From assembly GCF_002113885.1 (NCBI RefSeq), contig NW_018404519.1, positions 224,656 to 288,655 on the forward strand: a stretch of DNA of 64,000 bases. The letters are read 5' to 3'. Under the pieces are notes generated by a model. It saw nothing but the letters and a program-made list of their open reading frames with translations. It did no database searches and was not told the DNA's origin. Origin of the DNA: Mizuhopecten yessoensis. Its lineage: Eukaryota. Positions 13,536 to 25,700 of the stretch are shown in pieces (position 1 is the first letter of the stretch; each line of letters opens with the position of its first letter). A program made the position numbers and the translations under genes.

Positions 13536-13717
13536 GCTCTGAAATCTGTGTCTGTACAACATGTCCCCTTTCAAAGTCATTGACTACCGTATAGATATGC
13601 TTCTGAAAAGTATTTGTACACAAAGAAACTATGTACTTGATAAATACAAGATAACAGTTATCTCCCTCAGGGACTGACAATTTTTAACATATGTTAGTAC
13701 AGAGGTAATGGATGATA

Positions 13718-13783
13718 TCATGCTGTGCCTTTACTGAGTCCTTTCTTCTTGAACCACTCTTCACTTTTGTCAGCTGCTATACC
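13718..13783 (-). CDS. GLOD4: GLOD4 exon 10 ([21 protein letters not shown])
   Basis: tttcag acceptor; TGA at 13718-13720. Confidence 0.93.
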   Translation of the reverse strand, partial: GIAADKSEEWFKKKGLSKGTA

Positions 13784-16700
13784 CTGAAATTATAATTCAC
13801 AGTTTCAGGACTTTACAGTGTCATAATAGATACAGTATTAGTAATTTATCAGTATGTATAGTATTGTTAAATCTTATCTATATAAATATAACAGCATGTC
13901 TGATTAGATTATACTGATCACATGACAGTGGAATATATTGTGTTGATATCATGTCATCTGGTCATATTTCCTTTATTTGGAGCCTCTCTAGAACAAGAGG
14001 CCCAGAGGGCCTGTATCGCTCACCTGAATATTTAGCAGTCATAGCAAAATATTCTCATTAAATATTTTACTGTACTACAAACATTTCCCCTCGCAAACTT
14101 TGCCGGCTCCATCTTTTGAAACTACCAGCCAAATATTGTTGTATGATTCTATGCTTTTTAGTTCTTCTTCAGAAGTTGTTTGACATATTTTTCCCTGTGA
14201 CTTTGTTAGGCTGAAGGCTTCCTGGGATAGAGCCTGACAAAGTTTGAGAATGAAAATGACCTTGACCTACTTTCAAGGTCACAGGGGTTAAATGTGTCAA
14301 ACACTTTGAAGTATTTGACACATTTGCCCCCTGTGACCCTGAAAGTAAGTCAAAGTCATTATCATTCCCAAACTGTGTCTGGCTCTATCCCAGGAAGCCA
14401 CCAGCAAAATATGAAGATTCTATACCTTTGGGTTATTCAGAAGAAGTCATTTGAAGTGTTTGACACATTTAACCCCTGTGACCTTGAAAGAAGGTCAAGG
14501 TAATTTTCATTCTCAAACTTTGTCAGGCTCTATCCCAGGATGCCACCAGCCAAATATTAAGATTCTATACCTTTTACTCCTTCAGAGGATGTCGTTTGAA
14601 GAGTTGACATATTTGACCGCTGTGACCTTGAAAGTAGGTCAAAGTCATTATCATTCCCAAACTTTGTCTGGCTCTATCCCAGGAAGCCACCAGTCAAATA
14701 TGAAGATTCTATACCTTTGGGGTTTTCAGAAGAAGTCGTTTGAAGTGTTTGACACATTTGACCTCTTTGTCGGGCTCCTACCAACGAAGTTTTCAGCTAA
14801 ATATGATGACTCTAGGCCTGTTCGTTCTTCAGAAGACGTTGTTTAAAGGAAAAGTTGACGGACGATGATGGACGGACGACGGACGCCGCACCATGACATA
14901 AGCTCACTTGCCCTTTGGACAGAGGAGCTAAAAATGGGAAAGAGCCACCACACCTGCATTTGGATTGACTGAAGCAGACGACAACAATGGTGTGTCAACC
15001 TGACCATCGTAAATGCTGTGCTATTGTTTTATTTTGTTCTATTTATTTGTATAATAAAATATGTCTTTATTTCCCCTCAATTTGAATTTTCTCAGGGAAC
15101 AAAGAATTCTATTTTTCTACAACACAGGCAGTAAATGTACAGTGTGACTGGAGACAGAACTTACCTGATCTAACAGTCCGTCGGCTTTATCATCCACCTG
15201 TGACAGCTCACGGAACGCTTCATCTCCAACGAAACATATCTCATGGCCATCCTAAGTAAAATATAATCATCTAGACATTACTGATACATAAATAAAGGTT
15301 CTGATGTATTTCTTCAAACAAAAGTAGTTTGTTGTTTGATGTTTTACTGTGAACAAAAGTTGAATTACAGAACACATTTTTTAAAACCTCTAGACCAAGT
15401 TACACAAAGTTTATAGCTTGTTTGTTTGTTTTTATGTCCTATAAAGATGTGCCTGGTTTTGGTGGTGGAGGAAAGTCAGAGTTGACGGAGAAAAACCACC
15501 GACCTGTGGCGAGTACCTGGCCTCAAACCTGCGACCCAGTGGTGGAGGGTTGTAGCGATCACGACAGTTAGACACTTAACCACTTGACCACCGCGGCCCC
15601 CTCACAAAGTCTAGTGATGATGAATGATTCATTAACATTAGACAAGATAAAATAATGACAAACAAAAGAATTATGTATTCAATTTTGATACTTACGGGGT
15701 CAGCCAGGATGACCACTTCTACAGTGGCCTTTCCGGGGGTGTCCAGACTAATAAGTGGGGTTAGAATGGTCTGTTCAGCCTCCTTCATCTTCCTCTCGAT
15801 ATCTGGCAACTGTAAGCAACAAGTGTACATTTCTAGTCAATACAGTTGTAAATTGTTATTACTCATTTTCTCTACATTTCACCTCAAAACGATCAAAAAC
15901 TATAATAATTCCTGAAAACTTTTGTTAAGAAATCCAAAAGCTTGAAGAAACTTTTCAAGCATATTTATACAAAAGTCAGATGACTAATGACCTTTCACAA
16001 CAAGTAATACAAACATTTAAACACTCACCTCTGTACGAGGGCAGGAAAAAGCGATCCGCCCGAAGGCGGTGGCATGGTCAACACTTGTGCCTATATCCTG
16101 AAGCTCAAGCTTGCACTGAAAACAATCACACACGAGATATCCTTAGGGCTTGTTGATTTACTTATTGGTTAATGACCTTTAATCACTTTTATATGAACGT
16201 TTTAAGGACGAAACAAAAACAATATATTGAAGTGAAATTTTACTAATCTGTGTCCTGAATAATTTTGATACTTATTGTAAACCGGTGTGTCCTACTGCAA
16301 AAGATAACATAATGTAGTCCAAGGGTGAGTCAGTTGATAAGTTTTCTATGTCACAATTGCAGGAAGTAAATATAAAATCATGCACCGTAAATATAAATAC
16401 ACTTACTATTAGTGTCAACAAGAAACAAACTGTCAATATCTAATGTGTCAAACTCATCATCTGATGTGTCAAACTGTCAATATATCATGTCAAATAGGCA
16501 TTGTCGGTTATGTCAAACTGTCAATATCTTAATTGCTGTGTCTAATGTGTCTCCATGAATCAGATGGATATTTAAACAATCCTAATAAAAAGTTTCATCA
16601 AAAATATATATTTGATATCACAAATAAGACTCAGAGGTGGGGCTAGATCCCAGGGTTAATCCTAGTAAGATTATTGCATGTCTCTTTACATCCTGCAAGC

Positions 16701-19700
16701 ACATATAATAATAATAATAATAATAATAAACTTTATTTATTGAGGATAAAATACATGTTTAGCCAAAGGCTAATCTTCCACATGGTCCTCTTGTTAGTAA
16801 AATATATGTGCTAGTTAAAAGTACATATATATTGATGCAATTGACATATATAAGGTTATATCACAGTTATCTTAGTTAAGAGTATCACAGAATGCATAAA
16901 GTTTCATGCAAAGGTATTAAATTGATGAATCAATATAATCATTAATGGCGACCTAAACTGTTCCTCAGTTATGATGCAAGGACTAACTGCATCTAACTGG
17001 AAAAATATCATAACCCTAGGCCTCTTGGGTATTCAGAGGAATTCGTTTAAAGGTTTTAAACATATTTGACCCCTGTCACTTTGAAAATGGGTGAAGGTCA
17101 TTCGTCTGAACAAACTTGGTAGCCCTTCAGCTCAGCATGATACTGGTCGAATATCATAAACCTAGGCCTCTTGGGTATTCAGGAGAAGTTGTTTAAAGGT
17201 TTCAAACATATTTGACCCCTTTGACCTTGAAAATAGATGAAGGTCAATCATTTAAACAAACTTGATAGTCCTTCATCCCAGCATGCTACAGGTCCAATAT
17301 CAGTACCCTGGGCCTTTTGGTTATTGAGAAGAAGTTGTTTGAAGATATTAAGACATTTGACCCCTGTGACCTTGAAAGTGGGTCAAGGTAATTCATTTTA
17401 ACAAACTTTGTAGCCCTTCATCCCAGTTTGCTTCTGACCAAATATCATCACCCTAGGCCTTTTGGTTATTGAGAAGAAGTTGTTTAAAGTAAAATATTGA
17501 CGCCAGACGCCGGATGGCCGCCGGCATAAACTCACTGGCCCTTCGGTAAGCTAACAAGTGAAGCTGCTGGGTTGATGTCAATAAACTGGTTGACAAACTA
17601 TAAATACCGGTAGTAAAATCAACCTAGGCCTTTATTTTGGAATCCTGAACCCATTCAGGGATTCTTATATTCAGCCTTTGCAAAGAGTTTAAGCAAAATT
17701 TGTTAAGAAATGAAGTCACTAGAGTGCTGAGTGTGAATCAGGATGGAATGGTCAGGACATAGTTAACATGATATACCCCCCCCCCCCCATGGCAGGGCAT
17801 GAACATTTTCGAGCTCCATTTACTTGGTGAATAAATTTAATTGACATGAGGACAGGCTTTCTATCATTATCAGTGATGTAGTTTAGTGTACAACATAGTT
17901 ATCTAAGTTTTTTGTGACTACCTGATAGATAATTAGTCTAGTACAATCTAATTTAGGACAGGTATAACTGATAGCTACCCACTAGCATATAATCAGTATG
18001 CTAACTATACAGCAGGAAGCAAGGCTCACAATCCCTCAGTCCAATAACATAATGGCAGAGGGAGGGTCTAACCAGCTTGTTCATCAGTCAGTTGATAAAC
18101 CCATCCCAGGTCGGGACGCTCAAGTGCCTGTCGATGTTACAAGCCGGTCAGCCCAGGAGCCTCTGAGGATCAGAGGACAGACAACATGTCCAAATCACCT
18201 GGACAATGAAATCCAGTATCTGTGTCAAGATTGTAACCAGCTAGCATGTGTGAAATGTGTTACCAGTGTTCATCAAAGCCACACTCTTGATGATTTTGAG
18301 AGAAAAGTTATTCCAAAGAAGGAGTTGGAAATTAAATGTTTCATAGATGAAGATAAACAAACTCTTGAAAAACTAAAAGCAGAAATAGATTCAGCCAACA
18401 TCAAGAATGAATGGATTGCTTCGCACTTTGCTGAATGTCACCAGGAAATTGAAGAGAACAGTAAAGCCATAGCAATACTTATCAGCAAACAGCTAGAGAA
18501 GAAACAACAGGACCTGAAGCAGGTTCAGGATGAAAATAATGCCAAACTGATGAAATATATAGAAGGACTAATATGCAAACAATCAGAAATAGGCAACAGG
18601 ATTGAGGAATATGAGAGAACCCTCAAAACTGGATCAAATATCCAGAAGTATGAGTTAGACATGGATCCAAACACTGGTGCTCCAGTAACCAAGCCTCTGC
18701 TGACTAATTTTGGCTTTGTCCCAACCCCTCAGGACAAGGCCTCAACTCTCTTAGAAGAGGCCAGTGGCCAATTGACAGAAACATCCAAAACCCAGGGTGA
18801 CGAAATAGACAAAATTCCTAAACTGACATTCTGCTCCGAGACAAAAATTCTACAGGAGTTTGATGTACAAGACGTGAATTTTAAAGTTTGCAACATTTGT
18901 CCTGTTTCCGATGAGATGTCATGGGTGAGTTGTGTTAAAAGTTCAGCTGTCACCCAGGTCAATCACGCTGGTACGATTTTAAAGCAGGTCATGTTTGATG
19001 GACAAGTCAACGGAATCTGTGTCTCTCCCTCGACAGGATTACTCTGGGCATGCTCATCATTTGAATGTAGCATCTACAACGTCACCAGTGGTGGCAGACC
19101 ATGTCCACTGTTCATGTCCAACACCATACCCTGGAGTCTTTGTGTAACTCAGGCTGACACTGTCGTCGTGGGAATGACAGGCAAGGTCAAAAGTTACACA
19201 GCTGATGGTAAGGAACTGTTCAGTCAGACCATAGGAGATGCTCAGAAAGCGACCAAGATAAGTGAATGTCCACTAACTCACAATCTGGCCATACTAACCT
19301 GCCACCTTCAGAAAGACCAGGCTTCCTTTATTTTGATAGTAAAAGAAAATCTTGAGGAACTCTTTCATTTTCAACCAGTGCTTGGTACCAGGAATGTTGT
19401 TCCAACAGATGTACGATACGACACGATGGGAAAATTGGTAGTAGCCATTGCAGGGCGGAACCAACTGCTGTACCTCGACGACATCGGCAAGTTCATCAAA
19501 CTGCTGTATTCCTTTCAGCAGAAGTTCAATAGAGAGGCAGCCATAGGTCCCTACCTTGGCATTGACAAAGAAAATACTCTGTGGGCAGTGTTTTATCATG
19601 ATCATCAACATGCCTGCCGGGTACAACAACTTAAGTACTGCAGACCGAAGAAACAAGAGTGCTCTATTAGTTAAGTACTGCAGACCGAAGAAACAAGAGT

Positions 19701-22700
19701 GCTCTATCAGTTGAAACGAGAGAGCTCTATCAGTTGAAACTAGAGCGCTCTATCAGTTAAGTACTGCAGACCGAAGAAACAAGAGTGCTCTATCAGTTAA
19801 CTTTCTCAAGATTGCTCATATTTGTGGAAGAATTGTATTTTCTTCAAATGATAGACAGTTTATAGATTTGTCACATTATTATATCACACCTGTGTGACTA
19901 TTCCATGGCAAATTGACTTTTACAGAAAGAAACCATGATTAGAAGCTTTTGTGATATTTTTGTGTGAGAGTGGAAGAAATACTGCATGCATCTATTTGGA
20001 AAACCTAGTGAAATTTGCATTTTAAAGATTGAAATACAAAAAAAACAAGGTGATCTATATTGATCCAGAATGACATAAAAATAACAGAATGAGGACGTAC
20101 AATTATCATTTAGTTTAGTGCAAGAAAACAATTCCTGAGTGGATTTCTTCTAGAAAATAACGGGAAAAAAAACAAGCTAAGAGGAATGCAGATAGACTTT
20201 TGACCTTGAGAAGTGATGTGATACGTAGCTCACTGTGCATCTAACTTATCTAATGTTCATGTGACCAAATTGGACCTATGTTATACTTTTTCTGGGCTGT
20301 TATCCTGATGAGTATAATCTAATACATGTTAAAAACACTGAAACTTAAAATTTACTGTCTGTAGAGCTTCAAAACAATCACCTATGTACAGGAATCAAAA
20401 TTGTTTGTAAACTTTTGATACATATTTTTTTGTCATTTTTTCTTGAAAACCTTGTTAATCTATGATGAACAACTGGGCTCTGAAATCCTTATCTAGCATG
20501 ATTAGCGTGGACAAGCATCGACATCTGACCCGTCACTTTGACTTTAATTGTTGGGATAAGAACCTGTGTATGGTGCAATGACAGGTATAATCTTGTCAAT
20601 CAAATACATATCATGAGGTTTCATAGGATCAGAGTGATTTGACTTTGTATTTGTAACTGTTCCTTACTGACTTGCATACTCATATTTTTCAACTTTTATC
20701 AAATAATATGGAATGATTCAGTAATTTGATTCCTGACAATAGCCGTGATTAATTAACCTCTCACAATACATTAACTTTGGGCTAATGGACAGATGTCGTC
20801 AGGTGGCACTCATCTTTCACCAAGACAGCTGAGGGTTTAATTCCATGATCAGACGTGAGAAGGTATGAGGTCACCTGTCTGACCAAGTGGGTTTTCCCCG
20901 GGTACCCGGTTTCCTCCTACATTAAGACCTCCCCCCCCATGCTAACATCCAGGCCAACAAGAGTGATTAATATAAGTTGAAATAACCTGTTTCATAATTG
21001 TTGTAAAATAAATAAAAATTATATTTTAATAAGTTAATTTAATTAAGATTATTTACCGATACAGTACCTATAAAGATCCTTTACATAGGACTCCAGTTCA
21101 TAACACAGAAATATTTAACAATAGATGAATGTGGCATTATTTGGATCATTAACATATCTCATATCTATAATTATATACAAGTTCCTGACAATTGGCAAAG
21201 TAAAAAAGTTCATAAAATGTACTCTTATTCCCTGTCTTCCCATATCTTAATAAAATCTGTTGTACAATTATCGTAAAGATTGCTTGTTATTTGAAACACC
21301 TATATATTCCTAAGTGGATCCCGATATGATACATTCCTCAGTGGATCCCGATATGACACATTCCTCAGTCGATCCCAATATATTCCTCAGTCGATCCCGA
21401 TATGATGCATTCCTCAGTCGATCCCGATATGATGCATTCCTCAGTCGATCCCGATATGATGCATTCCTCAGTCGATCCCGATATGATGCATTCCTCAGTC
21501 GATCCCGATATGATGCATTCCTCAGTCGATCCCGATATGATGATTGCTTGTTATTTGAAACACCTATATATTCCTAAGTGGACCCCGATATGATACATTC
21601 CTCAGTGGATCCCGATATAATACATTCCTCAGTCGATCCCGATAAGATACATTCCTCAGTCGATCCCGATATGATACATTCCTCTGCCGATCCCGATATG
21701 ACACATTCCTCAGTCGATCCCGATATGATACATTCCTCAGTCGATCCCGATATGATACATTCCTCTGCCGATACCGATATGACACATTCCTCAGTCGATC
21801 CCAATATATTCCTCAGTCGATCCCGATATGATGCATTCCTCAGTCGATCCCGATATGATACATTCCTCAGTTGATCCCGATATGATACATTCCGAAATCC
21901 CGGTATCTGTTTGGTTGTTCCACTTGCACTGCCTCAATCATATCTATATGTTTGATTACGAATGGATGACAAACAGTATTTGCATATTCAAGATGAACTC
22001 TTACTGCAAACATAAAGTTAGCTTTAATTATCGTAAATATTGCTTGTTATTTGAAACACCTCAATCATGTCCCCTCTTATTCTTCTGTAGCTCAGAGTTG
22101 GTAATTTGAGTTTCCTAAGTTGATCCCGATATGATACATTCCTCAGTCGATCCCGATATGATACATTCTTCAGTCGATCCCGATATGATACATTCCTCAG
22201 TCGATCCCGATATATTCCTAAGTGGATCCCGATATGATACATTCCTCAGTCGATCCCGATATGATACATTCTTCAGTCGATCCCGATATGATACATTCCT
22301 CAGTCGATCCAGATATATTCCTAAGTGGATCCCGATATGATACATTCCTCAGTGGATCCCGATATGATACATTCCTCAGTCGATCCCGATATGATACGTT
22401 CCTCAGTCGATCCCGATATGATACATTCCTCCGTCGATCCCGATATGATACATTCTTCAGTCGATCCCGATATGATACATTCCTCAGTCGATTCCGATAT
22501 GATACATTCCTCAGTCGATCCCGATAAGATACATTCATCAATCGATCCCGATATGATACATTCCTCTGCCGATCCCGATATGACACATTCCTCAGTCGAT
22601 CCCAATATATTCCTCAGTCGATTCCGATATGATACATTCCTCAGTCGATCCCGATATGATACATTCCTCAGTCGATCCCGATATGATACATTCCTCAGTC

Positions 22701-25700
22701 GATCCCGATATGATACATTCCTCAGTCGATCCCGATATGATACATTCCTCAGTCGATCCCGATATGATACATTCCTCAGTCGATCCCGATATGATACATT
22801 CCTCAGCCGATCCCGATATGACACATTCCTCAGTCGATCCCAATATATTCCTCAGTCGATCCCGATATGATGCATTCCTCAGTCGATCCCGATATGATGC
22901 ATTCCTCAGTCGATCCCGATATGATACATTCCTCAGTCGATCCCGATATGATACATTCCGAAATCCCGGTATCTGTTTGGTTGTTCCACTTGCACTGCCT
23001 CAATCATATCTATATGTTTGATTAAGAATGGATGACAAACAGTATTTGCATATTCAAGATGAACTCTTACTGCAAACATAAAGTTAGCTTTCTTTACTTG
23101 TGCACTTATTTGGTGTTCAAATGTGAGAAATCTGTCTGTTTGACTCCTATATCACTTGTTGTAAAGGTTCATTTTCTATATACATATGTAATATGTACTT
23201 TCTCCGCCTGATTGGCCTTGCCCTACATGCATAGATTTACACTTTGAAGAATGAAACTTTAATAACCATTTATCGCGCTATTTTGAAAGTTTGTTCAAGT
23301 CATCCTGCAAGTTATCCACATTGGCATCCCCACGTATACATGGCTACTCAAAATGTACGTTACTTTAGATCATTTTGAGTTTTCTCCATTCAATGATATG
23401 TGTAGCTATCTGTCAGGAATAAAACTGGACGTCCAGTTAACGATTTCGTCATTTATTCCATACAAGGACATTTGACTACAAGCCTAATGGACTAATGTCT
23501 GGGGACTACATAAGTAGGTAATGAACAGTCCTCAGAACCTAATGGACTAATGTCTGGGGACTATATATCTCTGCTGTAACATAAGTAGATAATGAACAGT
23601 CCTCAGAACCTAATGGACTAATGTCTGGGGACTATATATCTCTGCTGTAACATAAGTAGGTAATGAACAGTCCTCAGAACCTAATGGACTAATGTCTGGG
23701 GACTATATATCTCTGCTGTAACATAAGTAGATAATGAACAGTCCTCAGAACCTAATGGACTAATGTCTGGGGACTATATATCTCTGCTGTAACATAAGTA
23801 GATAATGAACAGTCCCTAGATCTTGTTAATCCCCGAATTGTTGATCAAGTTCATAAAAACTCTAATTCTCTATTTTAAAGCAGGACCTTCTTTGATGATG
23901 TATGTGTGAAATATCCATTTTTATACTTTGAATCATTAGAACAATATTTAAGGAGCAAGAAATGTCATTGAAACACATAGCTACCCATATTACTTTTAGG
24001 GTATATATGTATAAAAGAAAAAATATAAAAAATGAAGAAGGTTTTACATATCAACAGGCAGACAAGTTGTTGTGTCTATACAGTCAGAAACAGTGTAATA
24101 CAGTGAAAACTGTCTTAACTGACATTCTATAATTTCCCAAGCAGGTCATTAAGTCTCTGACCCCCTGTATAATACAAGGTGTCTTTCACCAAGACAGCTA
24201 GGGCCCTTTTCCCCAATCGGACGTGAAAAGGTAGTGGGTCACCGTCCCAACCATGTAGGTTTTTTCCTATCACATATTACAATCCTTCGAGCGCCTCGAT
24301 TACAATCCTTTGAGCGCCTCGATTCGGGCCAACAAGAGTGATTTAAATGTAAATTGGGAAAAGCTTGTTTCATAATTATTGTAAAATGATAAAGCTTTGT
24401 TTTTTAATCTGTCTAAACTGACACCCTGTACAATATAGTTACCAGTCTATATGGTATCTTGATTAGGTGGAGGAATATTTTCAACACAGTCCATTAACTA
24501 CCCATATATAGACTGATGATGTGTTATTCCGATTTTTTTTTAATTCTAGACAGAAGTATTAATTCCAGTGGTGCAAGATTTAGACAGTAGACCTGTATTA
24601 AGATTTAATCCAATGACCAAATACGTTAATTTTTAGAAAGTCCATCTTATGAAATCTAAGGGTCCAGGGTTTGATTTTCAGCCTTTTCCAAATAATGATC
24701 AAAAACAGGTTTCAGACTGTATATAGAGTGATCAGTAATACAAGTAGGGGGGACTTCATCATAACATACTCCAGTGTTACCAATAAGAGGGTTTTGAAGG
24801 GTTTTATTTGGTCTACTGAGTTTTGCCTCTATCGCAGAGGTTTCATCAGGACAATATTTCAGTGAGAAAAGTCCCCTGAAGTACTCTTCAGGAGGATAAA
24901 TTTTAACTATGGCGTCATATACATTAGTACAATGCCCTAAGGTAATACCAGATACCAGATACAAGAATTTTCATTTAATGTTGCATATCTGAAGTTTCAG
25001 TTTAAATGCATTGCAGGTTTATACCATTAAGGAAGTACTAGTAAAATGTCTGGAATCATATTCGGGAGGGCATCAGTTTCAGATTTAGAATAACATAGAG
25101 CAGCTAGGGCCTGTCATATATGTAGTGACAATTCAACAGGAATTTGCAGGAAGGATAATATAGACTATATGTCATAGATTTATTGCAAATACAATCTTGT
25201 GGCATCAGTAAGTATTGAATGGGGATAAAAGATGTATGCAAGTTAAAGATAGAGAAGGGCACCCAGGTTTATCGAATACAATAATTACATTTACAGGTAA
25301 ACTGGGAAACTTTTGCCTAGTAAAATTTTCGCCATCAAACTTTTTCTAGTCACACCTTCTCTCCTTATACTTTATGTAGTCATACTTTCTCTAGTCACAC
25401 TTTCTCTCCTCATACTTTCTGTAGTCATACTTTTCTCTAGTTATATTTTATCTCCTCATACTTTCTCTAGTCATACTTTCTCTCATCAAACTTTCTGTAG
25501 TCATACTTTTCTGTAGTCATACTTTCTCTAGTCATACTTTTTTCTAGTCATACTTTTTTCTAGTCATACCTTCTTTAGTCATACTTTTTTCTAGTCATAC
25601 TTTCTCTAGTCATACTTTTTTCTCGTCATACTTTCTCTAGTCATACTTGTTCACAACATACTTTCTGTAGTCATACTTTTCTCAAGTCATACTTTTCTCT

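Noticed and set aside
13690-13720. GLOD4 TGA as selenocysteine or readthrough codon
   Set aside because: The stop falls at the normal GLOD4 C-terminus, no Cys is expected there, an in-frame TAA follows 8 codons later and no SECIS was recognised.
21314-23021. Many overlapping repetitive ORFs (MIHSSVDPD / NVSYRDRLR / ISGSTEECI)
   Set aside because: Artefacts of the 27-bp minisatellite; only the LINE-derived origin is meaningful.
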